Source: Octopus vulgaris (Eukaryota). Taken from it: a stretch of 64,000 nucleotides of DNA. The notes beneath the pieces are model-generated. The model made no database searches, was not told where the DNA came from, and saw only the letters and a list, made by a program, of their open reading frames with translations. The stretch's first letter is position 1. Every line of letters starts with the position of its first letter. Positions 37,304 to 49,856 of the stretch are shown here, in pieces. The position numbers were made by a program, and so were the translations under genes. The DNA lies in contig OX597817.1 in the NCBI GenBank assembly GCA_951406725.2, forward strand, positions 146,506,001-146,570,000, written 5' to 3'.

Positions 37304-40300
37304 TATATCTGTTCGTGTGTGTGTTTGTCCCACCATCGCTTGACAACCGATGCTGGTGTTTTTACGCTCTAGTAACTTAGCAGTTCGGCAAAAGAAACCG
37401 ATAGAATAAGTCCTAGGCTGGCAAAGAATAAGTCCTGGGGGTCGATTTGTTCGACTAAAGGCGGTGCTCCAGCATGGCCGCAGTCAAAATGATTGAAACG
37501 AGTAAAAGAAAGAAAAGTCGGTTTTCTTTCGTTACAAACAGCATAGCTAACAAAAGAATTCCGACCAGGGATTAATAGTCTACGCATGGAGGTACAAGTA
37601 AATATTTTTGTTGCCAAAATATTTCTATATATCTTCCCCAAATGATAAGATCTTTTGTTCCCTTACGGATTGTGCCTGATAGTACAACATACAAAGAATA
37701 CCACACACACACACACACATTACATACACTAGCATATGCACGTGTCTTTGTGCCTTCACCACCACTGACAACCGGTATTGGTTTATGATTCCATAACTTA
37801 GCTGCTTGGCAAAATGCTCGATAGAAGAACCAGACTACATTAATTACTGGGGGTCGATCTGTTCGACGAAATCCCTTCAAGGCGGTGCTCCAGCATGGTA
37901 AAAGATTAGGACTACATGTGTATGTGTGTGTGTGTGTGTGTGTGCAAGATGACTCTAGCATCATTATAGATGAGAGTATCTCTCATCTTTAATGAAGCAA
38001 GAATCAGCCTGCATCATACTGCGTAAACTGTTCATTTACTTATCGTCCCTCACACAAAGAAAAAAAAAGGATAACCAAAAAAAAAAAAACTATCGAATAA
38101 TTTCACACCGTCCTATATTGTTTCGAAGCATACAAAATATTATTGATTAATTCGTGAAGAGAAGAATAAAATGGAGATATTGACATCTTAGTCAGCACTG
38201 TGTTTTAGCACTGTTTGTAAGTTTTGGGAGAAAAGTAACATGACATGTCTGTTAGGAACTATCGAAGATTAAGCATCTAATAGAAAAATATATATTAGAT
38301 TGTTAAAAAAAAAATACTATCTTCACTCAAAATAAACCAGGTCTTTGATGTATGTAGACATTAATATATAATGCAAGTAGTTTATGATTAATGCAGTACT
38401 ATCTCAGATACTAAATATATTTTATATGAAATAAGAAACTTGGGCGGCAGGATATATCCGTTAGTGTCGGATAAAATACCTGCGGTATTTTGTTACGGCC
38501 CTTCTAATTCTTGGCAAATTAGGTCGACTTTGCCGTTTATCCTTCAATAGTTGATAAAATCAAGTACCAGTTATATAAAGGGGTAATAAAATCGACTTCA
38601 TACATTGTCCGTTTGATACAAAAAAAATTAGTTTTGCATTTAATGTAAAGAACATATATTAAACTTAAGATTGCCTAAACTTGAATAGAAGAAATAATAA
38701 AGTATAGTTTTAATATTTAATAATGATGCAGACTGGTAGAGAACGTTGTTAATACTGATGCTTGAAAAAAAAAAAAAAATTAGATACGAGTTGTCGTTTA
38801 ATTAAAACAATTTAAATGACCTGTCTTTTGAATTAAACATAACTTAGAATCATCGGTCGTCTTTTAAACTTTGTTAATGCCAAGGGAGCAGCAATGAAAT
38901 AAAAGAAGCTGAACTATTTATAATTTTAAGTTTAATTACAACATAACACAAGTTACTTATGAGATAAAATACATTTGACAGATGAGAGTATTGACATTAA
39001 ACATGATCTTTAAAAACTACGACCGAAATTGTTTGGAATACACAATGACATGCGGGTGTATTATGAAATACAAATAAGAATAAAATTAGTTTAACGAACC
39101 TTACTTTCAACACTATACACACACATATACATACATATATATGGCAATGTTTCGTTTGCCATATATATATATATTCACACACAACAAATACAACATACAT
39201 GTATATATATAAGCGAAGATATACATAAAGATGCATCGATATATTTATGAAGTTTTCAGTTTCTAATTAAGAATACGATGCGTACAGATGTGTATTGATA
39301 CACAAACAGTTAATATTAAGGAGTCTAATTAATTGTTAAGAACGAGCAATAAAACAAAGATCAGTTGGGACTTACAAAAGACAATCGAGACAAACGTTGA
39401 CGGCATTTGGTTTAATACAGAGAAATAGGGAGGAAGGGGAGAAAGAGAGAGAAAACCAGAGGGAGAGAGGGAGTGGGTGATAGAGAAAGAAAGAAAGAAA
39501 GAGCGAGGAACTGAGATGTATATTAAGTGGTGACAGGAGGTTTAGAAATTAGTGCTGATATTAGAGTTATCTCCCTTCTAATTTGGGTGTAACACCAGGC
39601 ACCACCGCCATCAGGCGTAGTTTCTCTTTATGTTGTCTGTGATAACGGGTTAGTTTCTTCTCGTAAGCTACCCACAACAAAACAGAAAGAACGAAAGAAC
39701 TAACGCGGATAGAGTATGGCAGCAAGATCGCTAGATTGATGGAATCGTTAGAGCGTCGGACGAAATGTTTTTGCGGTGGTTGTTCCGGTTCTTTGCGTTC
39801 TGAATTCACATCCTATTACTACGGTCAACTTTACCTTTCATCTTTCCTGATAGATTCTTTTATATAAACTTCTGGTCAAATTCGAAGCTTTGTACCTATA
39901 TCAGAAATCTCTCTATAAAACTATGTTAAAGCAGTAATGCGCCGTACTAAATGAATCATAATATTTTTATTCTGACAGGATTCGAGTTCAAATTTTGCTG
40001 TGATAAACTTTGGTTTCAACTTTTTGTAATCGATATAAAAGAATCAATTCAAGGAATTAAATTCACTTGAAAAGTGTGAGATTTATCTAAGAAATCAATA
40101 TAAAATAGAACGAGAAATATTTTGCAATACTTTTTAAAATCCGGCCCTCTCTCGCTCTCTCTAGAGCACAGCCAAAGCAGGATGTTCAATTCTATCTTTC
40201 TCTCTTTTCTCGGCGCAGCACTCACCCGTGAGCAAGCTGTTGTTTCTCTCTCTTCCTCCAGCACTTAATCGGAGAGCAATCGGTTGATCTACTTTCGTTT

Positions 40301-40984
40301 ACTTAGTATCAGTACAATACTCATTTCAATGCAATATCGATTTGCTGAATCGCTCGTCTGCCAATTCGCATATGTTCGTTTCCCTGTTTTTATCTCAGCA
40401 ACATTTTCCTAATATACCTCAGTGTGGTGTTGGGGTCGTTAAATAGTCACAGATGAATGACAACATTTTGTAAGCTGTGTGTTACATTTGAAATTCTTTC
40501 TAATTTTGGCCCAAGGCCAGCAAGTTTTGAGGGAAGGGTGCAAGTCGATTACATTGACTCCAGTATTTGACTGGTACATTATTTTATCACCGAGAGGATG
40601 AAAGGCAAAGTTGATCTCGGCAGGATTTGAACGCAGAACGTATATAAACGATTCTACCAGCTCACAATGACTACACTAATATTGGTTTCAAGTTTTGGCA
40701 CAAGGCCAGCAATTTCTGGAGAGGGGTAAGTCGATTACATCGATCCCAGTGTTCAGCTAGTACTTATTTTATCTACCCCGAAAGGATGAAAAGCAAAGTT
40801 GACCTCGGTGGAATTTGAACTCAGCCGTATAGATGGCTGAAATGCTGCTAAGCAATTTGCCCGGCGTGCTAACGATTCTGCCAGCTCGCCGCCAATGACC
40901 ATACTAATATTGATATTAGTTCTCACACGATTTTTTATTAACTTGAAACATTTGCATTTACCTGTGTATACAGGAGTGCTGTGG

Positions 40985-42150
40985 AGCAGATATTTAACAT
41001 CAGGTTGCGAGAAAAAATTCCACACCAATCTGACCTCTATCACAACTTTATCGACTTCAAAACGGTATTTGACTGTGTTTAGCACTACGAGTTGTGACAG
41101 GTGATGAAGAATAACACCCTCGACAACAGCCTTATCGAATTAATATCTAAGCACTGTATGAAAAGTCAAACAGTGCAGCTCTCCTGAACAACAATTTTGG
41201 AGAAATTTTCAAGACAACAATGGGTGTTCGACAAGAATGTATCCTCTCTCCAGTGCTTTTCAATATCTTCCTAGAAAACATCATACAGGAGACACTTCAG
41301 GACTTCCACCCTTTTGTTTCCATTGGAGTTTTGTCCATTTTCTACTTGTGATTTGCTGATGATGTTGACCTGATAGGAATCAGTGAAGCAGAACTTCAGG
41401 AGCTCACCACAAAATGGAAAAGGTATCTGGAGCAAACAGGATGGAAATCATCCTAGAAAAGAATAAGGTCTTGGTGGTTAATAGTAACAACCAGAACATA
41501 GCAACCAATATCATACTGAATGGAGGCACACTTGACGAAGTGGGCACCTTCAAGAATCTAGGATCTACTTTGACTAAAAACGGCAGATTTCAAATGGTGA
41601 TAGCAAGACTCAGTTTCACCTCTGCTGCCATAATGAAATTCAACACCATATAGAAAAGTAACTCCATTAGTTTTGCAATGGGACTTAAAGTGTACAAGTC
41701 TCAGATGACTTTGATCCTTTTGCATCGATGTGAGAGCTGGACTCTTACAGCTGACATGAAGCGAAGAATCCAGGCATTTGAGCACAATTGCTTCAGAAGG
41801 GTGTTACGCATCTCGTACACAAAACACAAAACGAACAGCTTCGTCATGCAGCAAGTCAACATATCCGCTGACAAACAGGAACCGCTTCTTTCACTGGTAA
41901 AAAGACGAAAGCTTGCCTGGTATGGTCACGTATTCCGCCACAACCTCCTGTCCAAAACAGGCCTTTAGAGCATAGTTAAGGGAGGGTTAAAGAGAGGCAG
42001 ACAAAGAAAATATTGGTTGATGACATCAAGGACTGGACAGGTCACCATACCATTGCTACATATGACAGAAAATAAAAACCATTGGCAACGGTTGACTGCA
42101 AAAGTATCGAGAGTGGCACCCCAGCAACTGGTTGCATCTCTGAAGGGAAC
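40985..42150 (+). mobile_element. Degenerate RTE-clade LINE, 5'-truncated
   Basis: FIDFKTVFD, GVRQECILSPVLFNIFLE, FADDVDLI, CESWTLTADMKRRIQAFEHNCFRRVLRISY, KLAWYGHV. Confidence 0.85.
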
Positions 42151-42944
42151 TTGATGGTGTTACATACAACAATTGAATAAGTAAGACCTCATTTAAGAGA
42201 TTTCTAAAGGAATAATTACAAGTTTTCACTGCATATGCTAAATAGTAATATGAATTCAGTTCATAATTACTGAGAATAAATTAGATAGAAGAAATGTTTA
42301 AAAACTGACTGACATTAGTTTCGAGTAGCATCTGTCGTCATTCTAAGCAGAATAAGAAGAAAAGGGACAAACATCTATCGTAGCATTGAGTGACAGTAGT
42401 TCCATGTAGCGCCATAGTTTGTTCTGTAAGGAAAAGTAAAAGACAGTGTGAGACCATCTTATAGTGCAGAGCGACAAGGCTACGTGTTGACTTTTGGTTG
42501 GCTCTGCTTGAGTTTTAATTCATCAGCTTTTTATAACCGGAACGGAGGTTTTCTAGAAAATTCGACCAGACTATTTGGCGGGAAGATTCTTGCTCATTTG
42601 GCTATATGTTAACTGCTCTTAGTTGAGCCATGTTCGCGTAGACTTTAATGCTTTTTTGACGACGTAATTAATTTTCGTAACTAGCCTCATTTTTCACGGC
42701 AGTAAGGTAGGATATGGTCCAGAAGCATAATGTTTCAAAACTCAGCAGGAGCGTCTCTACAATACAATACATATGAATATCGAAAGATCCTCCCATGAGA
42801 ACATGCTAATCATCTATCTTTCAACAGCAGGAAAATACGACAGTTAAGTCTTGGCAGATTTCGCGTCAAATAAAGGACCACAGCATGCTAAAGCTCAGTT
42901 TTTATAGCGATGAAATATTGTTGCCTACGCATCGAAACAGACCA

Positions 42945-45900
42945 GAATCAATAGAGCTTAGCAAAGAGTTAGCAATAGAAAGAAACAGATTAGAGGGAGA
43001 ACTAGTTAGCAAACTAGAAGGGGCGACTGGTAAAGGCATCGCAACTGACGTGTTAGCAGCGAGAATGGCTCTTGGCCATTTCTTTGAGGCAAAATGAAGG
43101 TTGCGTTATCAGAGCTAAGGCTCGTGCGCTAAAATATGAGGGAACTAAAGGTGCCCGATGGGCTCGAACGGTGGAAATACGACGTCGCAACAAAAGCATG
43201 ATCGATCGGGTCTCTGACGGATCGGGATGGGTGCGTGCTACATGGTTCTGAGCAGGTGTGTGCGGCTTTTCAGCTGCACTTCGTGCAACTGTTCGGAGGG
43301 GGCGATGGGTCAACAACGGTAGCGGACTTTAGTTCGTACCTGGATGGCCTGCCACGGCTCTCGGCAGCGGACGCGAGGTTCTGCGAAATCTGATAACGGA
43401 CACTGAAATATGATAGGCGATGAGCGACTGCACAAGTCGCAAAGCACCAGATTTAGATGGTCTTCCCTATAAGTTCTATGTATTTATGCCAGATTTGTTT
43501 GGCGACCTCTTGGCAGACGTTTACCGCAACTGGCAACAGAACGAGAGAATTCCCAGTGCTGTTAGTTGGGGTGTGGTGACACTGCTGAAGAAGGACGCCA
43601 ACAGTGGGGGCATACTAGGAAATTTTCAGCCCATAACTCTGCTAAATACAGAGACTAAGATTTTTACCAAGGTGTTAGCGAAAAGGTTGGCGCTTGTCGT
43701 TGGTAGTCTAGTAAGGGAAGCACAAACATGAGTAATCCCGAACAAGTCTATCCACAACAATCTCCACCTTATGTGATATATCATAGAGAGGGCTGGGACT
43801 AAAGCTACCTGGAAGCTGTCCTTAAAGCGGCCGGTTTCGGACCCGTTTTCAGGGGCTGGATCGTTGCAATGCACAGCGGTACCTGCTCGGTGATCAAAGT
43901 AAATGGCCATCTATCGAAACCGTTTAGCATTGCACGTTCGGTCCGTCAGGGCTGCCTACCGTCACTTCTTCTGTATGTGCTGGGCCTCGAGTCACTGCTG
44001 CAGAAGTTGGAACAGTTGAGGGGCATGTCTTTCGAACTGGAATTCGGAAAAGCAGTGTGTGCATACGCGGACGACGTCACCGTCATGGTGTCGGACGTCT
44101 CTGAAGTGGAGACGGTCGGCTACATTCAAGAAGAATATGAGTCGGTTGCAAGGGCTAAAATCAATGCCGAGAAGTCGGTGGGTTTGTGACTGGGCACCTG
44201 GAGAGGCAGATCAATGCCATCAGACGTTGGACTGACGGACCAGTTAAACTACTCGGGGTCTGGTTTGGTCCCAACCTCCAAGTGGATAAGAAGTGGGACA
44301 AGGTGACGAAGAGGGTGCCCAGTCTTACCTAGAAATGGGCTGAGAGGAAGCTGTCCTTGAAAGGCCGGGCAGAGATGGCGAATACCTACATCGCCTCCAT
44401 TATCATTTATCGTCTGGCCATCGTGCCTTGCCCTTGTTTTATTGCTTGATCAAGCTGGAGCGTCTCTTGTTCATATTCTTGTGGAAGGGGCGCGTTCCAA
44501 TGGTCGGGTGGTCAGTCTGCTGTCAGCTCCTCTGAGTGGCGGCTTAGGTATGCTGTGGCTTTCGATGCGCAGATATGCGCTCAGGTTGAGTCACCTGCAA
44601 CGATTTCTAGAAGGTGAACGTGTGTGGGCTCCGTTTGTGAGGCACGTATTTCCGCAACTCTTCTCTTTGATGGACCTGCAGTCCTGGGTGAAGGACAGAC
44701 CAAGACTGGGCGCCTGGCACATGGAATGTCGTCAGGCGCTCACTGTCCTCTATGAGATCGGTGGATGTTCCACTTTAGCTATTTATAGAGGATTAGTGGC
44801 GGGAAAGTACGACGACGTTCTAGGGGAAACCCTGGGCGTTGACGAAGATGAAGTAACTAGTCTGTTCCGGAGGACTTTCCGGTTGGGGACTATTATGGAT
44901 AATTTCCAGATGTCTTTGGCTTGGCAGTACTACCGGGGGGGGGGGGGGTGCTATCGGTTCGAGATAAACTCTACAGGCACGGATGTGCTGTCAGACGGGC
45001 TTATCCGAGGTGCACGCAGAGCGATGAAACCGTTCTGCATGCACTCGTTTAGTGTTAGGTAATTGCTGACTTGTGGAGTTATGTCGCACAGTTGCTGTCG
45101 ACCGAGTCCATAGTGATGATTGCTCCGCCGCTCTCCTTTAATCGGGCAGGCATGGCAGTTTTTCTTTGCCTGGTTGCTGCGACGAAATAGGTTGTCTGGT
45201 GGACGAGGCTGAAAGAAATGAAGACAGAGATGTAATGGATAAGGATTACTTTTATAACGGTTTAACATTATTTGTAAACAATAATATGGTAAATGATTGT
45301 GTGGTAAATGATAGTTGATGCACAGTAGGATAGAATGTCGGAGTTGTAATCAGTTTGTAAGGATTGGTTCTTCGTTGATTGCCACTATGTAAAGATGAAA
45401 TAACAGTGATTGAAGTTGTGATGAAAATATTTATTTACCGTTACATCGAATATACCTTGCCTCGATGGGCAGATGATAAAATCCTAGAGCGTGCGAAATA
45501 AAAAAGTTAATTTCAGCCTGTGTGTTCGTATTGCAGTAGTAAAGCATAGAGAGAGAGATATGGTAATGTGCAGAGAAGACAAAGTAAGTTAGTGAAAGTG
45601 AGCGAGTGTGGGAAGTTGGGTCTCATAGCTGCTGACAGTAAATTTCAATTCTCCATTTGACCATTGTCTTTTGTAGCTGCCTTGCTTGTGATCATGATTC
45701 TAGCATTCCGCTCCCTAACTGATGGTAGCTGTCTCTGACTTGAGTTATCATTCATTAACTAACTGATTGAGTTGTCACGAACCGACTAACTGAGTTATCA
45801 CCAAGTGATTAAACTGATTTTTGCTTGTTTTTTTTTTTTTTGCTTTTATAGCTACCCAGAAGGATAGGCATATTGTTGAGAACAATGGATTTAGTTGGTG

Positions 45901-46815
45901 GTCTTGTTATCTTAATTCTAGCTTTTGGTAGTCTAGGAGAGGTTAGAAGGGTCAAGTAGTGAAGACATTATTTCGGCCTAGCTAAGGCACCTGGAAAATG
46001 TAAAACTGCTGTCACAGAAAAAAAAAACCCATTGTTCCACTTTGAGAAAAGTTCTATTGAAGTGTTAATTTAAATTTGGCTATGGTAGATAAATCTACTT
46101 CATGCCTGCAAGATCCACTACAGAGACATTCCTCTTTGGTAAGCCCCTCATGGACTTTTTCAAATTTCTCTAAGAAAAGGAAAGTGAGGGTGGAGATGGG
46201 GGTGTTGTCCTCGAGCGAATTTATGAAAAGGTGGCAAGAGTGGAAACCTGTGAGTCGGTGGAAAGGAGTTAGAAAAGGTATTTATCCATGGTATTCAGGG
46301 TCATCTTGGATGGTGGGGTTCCTCGATCATCCCGAGTGGTCCTCCTCCTCACAACGCCTCAGAATGGCTTTTTGTGTTGTAAATGTAAGAGGTTTATTGT
46401 TTTCTTGATGTTTTACTTTGAACTATGTAAGAGGTTTGTTGCCTCAAATATGGTACTTATAAAAAACAATGTGCTCGGGTAAACAGCAATCGGTGGGCGT
46501 TGCTGTTGCCCTCATTATTATCATATCGTCTATCATTTCATCTCATTATGTCCTTGTCCAGTCCGCAGCTTCCTTTCTTTGTAATGCCTTTATGGCCAAT
46601 TTAAGGAATAAAACAGGTCCTCGCCCTTCACAATTTAGAAAGAAAATTTTTTCCTTATTGCCGTATACTATGTATACTTCACTTCTTTTAATGTATACTG
46701 TGTATACTTCTTTTTCCTCCTTTTTTTCATATCATTCTATTGTATGTAACCCCCCACACTTTATGTATTTGTATTGTCCCCCTCACCCTTCGCCCTGGTG
46801 GCAAATAAATGAAAT
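42945..46815 (+). mobile_element. Degenerate Tx1/L1-clade LINE (ORF2 RT fragments and 3' UTR)
   Basis: KAPDLDGLPYKFY, FQPITLLNTETKIFTKVLAKRL, SVRQGCLPSLLLYVL, AYADDVTV, GGLG; AATAAA near 46804. Confidence 0.85.
45231..46122. mobile_element. Solo LTR inserted in the Tx1 LINE
   Basis: TGTAATGGAT...ATCCACTACA inverted termini and 4-bp TSD GAGA; the LINE resumes after it. Confidence 0.8.
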
Positions 46816-48068
46816 CATCATCATTATTATTATTGCCTTTATGGATGGAAGCACTCCGTCGGTTACGACGATGAGGGTTCCGGTTGATCCGAATCAACGG
46901 AACAGCCTGCTCGTGAAATTAACGTGTAAGTGGCTGAGCACTCCACAGACACGTGCACCCTTAACGTAGTTCTCGGGGATATTCAGCGTGACACAGAGAG
47001 TGACAAGGCCGGCCCCTTGAAATACAGGTACAACAGAAACAGGAAGTAAGAGTGAGAGAAAGTTGTGGTGAAAGAGTACAGCAGGGATCACCACCATCCC
47101 CTGCCGGAGCCTCGTGGAGCTTTAAGGTGTTTTCGCTCAATAAACACTCACAACGCCCGGTCTGGGAATCGAAACCGCGATCCTATGACCGCGAGTCCGC
47201 TGCCCTAACCACTGGGCCATTGCGCCTCCACAATATTGCCTTTGTACAGCTTCTAACACTGGAGATGTACTACAGTGTCAGCTGTTCACTACCAGTGAAC
47301 TAAGGTAACTCCTCTTATTTTTCGAGCACCTTCCGGAGTATTCGAGCGGTTCCAAGCAGTGCTGTTTTCTGCAAGTGCTCCACCCTTATTGCAGCCCCTG
47401 TTTGTTCCATGTACTTCTCAAGATTTTTACTCACTATTCCCTGGGCTCCGACAATTATTGGTACTACTATCACCTTTTTCATCGACCATAACTGCTTAAC
47501 CTCCCAAGCTAATCTGTTATATCTCTCGACTTTTCTTTCTTCCTTATCGCATACCTTGTTGTCAGCTCGGCATGCTACATCTATGTTTGCTTTCTTTCTC
47601 AATTAAGACTATGTCTGGCTTCCTATTCTCTATCTCATGGTCGCACTGAATCATAAAATCCCACAGGATCTTTGCATTATTATTTTCGATGATGCTTTCG
47701 GGTTTGTGGTCGTACCAGTTTTTTGCTCTGTCAAGTCCATGCTTGTTGCAAAGTGTACAATGGACAAGCCTTGCTATATTGTCGTGGTGTCTTTATATTC
47801 TTTCTGGGCTAGTGGCGTACATTGGCTGGTAATATGCCATACAGTTTCATCATTTTGTTCACAAATTCTGCACTTACCACTTTCTGATGTGTTGTCTATT
47901 CTGTATTTGATGTAATTGGTTCTTAATGCTTGCTCTTGCGCAGCACAGATTAGAACCTTCGTTTCCGGTTTTAAATCACTTTTAGCCATCCATAGCCATC
48001 ATTTTTCTCTGTCTGTCTTATCTTCAACATCCCTATGAAATTGTCTATGTATTCTTTTCTTTACCCAC
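46815..48068 (-). mobile_element. R4/Dong-like non-LTR retrotransposon 3' part (zinc knuckle plus restriction-like endonuclease)
   Basis: LKPETKVLICAAQEQAL, CRICEQNDETVWHITSQC, IDVAC, KVERYNRLAWEVKQLW, VPIIVGA, LQKTALLGTARILRKVL; (TAA)n tail. Confidence 0.8.
46841..47231 (-). mobile_element. tRNA-derived SINE (family C), CpG-rich copy
   Basis: A box TGGCCCAGTGG and B-box-like GGTTTCGATTCC; ~12-bp TSD A(T/A)TATTGCCTTT. A related copy starts near 17119. Confidence 0.8.
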
Positions 48069-48069
48069 C

Positions 48070-48109
<40 letters not shown>

Positions 48110-48400
48110 GAGTGAGAGAGCAGTACATGCCATCAAAGTGACACTGGGGTACAATTATACAAAGCCCAATATACGCATCATGACTAGCCTTCTGATAAGG
48201 ATACACCAGGCACATGCATTACAACCACATGTGCGCAACATGGTGATCTTATATCAAAATGAACAGTACATGACCTTGCAGGTGGTATCTAGTTAGAATT
48301 TTCTTCATGTTGAGTAGCCCATCCCGCTCAAAAGGTCCCTGAATAAAGTTTGTTTAAGGATGATGAACGAAACACCCATATTTCCAGAGGTGAATTATTC

Positions 48401-49249
48401 GGGATCCGGACAAAAGCCTCCTAGGACAAAAGCCCCATGATCAAAGTGTGTAAGTGGACCAAAGCGCCCCGGACAAAAGCCCCACAGTTATATTTTTCGG
48501 TTACTTTTTCGTTTTTTTCCCTTCTTTTTATTTGTTGCAGTCATTAGACTGTGGCCATGCTGGGGCACCACCTTGGGGAATTTTTAGTCGAATGTATCGA
48601 CCCCAGAATTTTTTTCATGATTTTCAACCAGCACATGAAGTTAAGCCTAGAAGGTCTCTCCACATACTAGAAATAACAACAAAATCTTAAAAATTTGTTT
48701 TTATAATTTCACGTAAACAAAAACGGACATCACGGTTGTAAAAAGAAATTTTTATTTTCCAAAATTCCAATTTTCAAGTAAACAAAATATATTCAATCGA
48801 AAATAGATAAGTAGAATAGAATAACAGAACACAAGACTCCTTACTATTCAATGTACATATTGTCTGAATTCTAACAAAAGGGAAAGCATTTACTTTAAGG
48901 AGTGTGTAGAAACATAAAAACGATAAGAAGTTCGTTTCAATGACTAGCCTTCGGCGCTATAATTCTGTTAGACCTTCAGCGGCCGAAGGAAGTTCAAAAG
49001 GTCAGCTCATTCTCGTTAATCTGCAAGTGTTGAGAGAAGAAAACAAAAAGCACTAAATTGAAATTTTAAAATGCTGATTTTTCTGCGACTAAAAATTCTT
49101 CAAGGCGGTGCCTCAGCACGGCCGCAGTCTAATAACTGCAACAAGTTAAAACAAACAAAAAAATCTAGCGTCGATACGTTCAACTAAAAATTCTTCAAGG
49201 CGATGCCACAGCTTGGCCACAGTCTAATGACAGGAACAAGTAAAAGGTG

Positions 49250-49281
<32 letters not shown>

Positions 49282-49368
49282 ATAACCGAAAAATATAACC
49301 GTGGGGCTTTTGTTCGAGGAACTTTTGTCTGTGGGGCTTTTGTCCAAGGGGGCCTTTGTCCTACACTC
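48401..49368. mobile_element. Mutator/MULE-like non-autonomous DNA transposon
   Basis: 9-bp TSD GAATTATTC (48392-48400 and 49369-49377), G termini, ~200-bp imperfect TIRs with repeated GGACAAAAGCCCC units. Confidence 0.75.
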
Positions 49369-49856
49369 GAATTATTCAAACCCCAAAGAATTCCTCTCAA
49401 CACATGACTACGATACTCCTCCACTATTTCTGCTCGTGATCAGAGATGCACATATCGTCAACCACCAAGGTACATGCTCAACTGGTTATGGTCAAACAAT
49501 TGATAAGCAAATCTGTGGTATTGAGCAGAATATTTACTGTAGCCCATCTTTTATATCTGTGGGATGATGTCAGCAGCTGGGGAGCTGACCGGAAGGGGCA
49601 GCCGGGACGCGCGCGCAGCGAGCGGGGATTTCTGCCTTTTTTTCAAGTCAGGTCGTCGAGGGGTTAAGACGGGTGATTCACGTTGTTAAGGTTGGGTGAA
49701 GCAGCTGCTATCTCTAGCGTTCGGGTCGGGCTGTGTCGAAGGCTCCGTTACCGTTGAAGGGTCTCCATCAGGGCGAAGAGAAGGTAGGTGCCTTTATTTC
49801 GAATCTCTCGCACACACCACAAGCTATTTCGGCGCTCCGTATAAGTCGTCGCCACG

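Noticed and set aside
46841-47231. tRNA-like sequences as genuine tRNA genes
   Set aside because: The heads lack a complete acceptor stem and continue into SINE bodies with TSDs.
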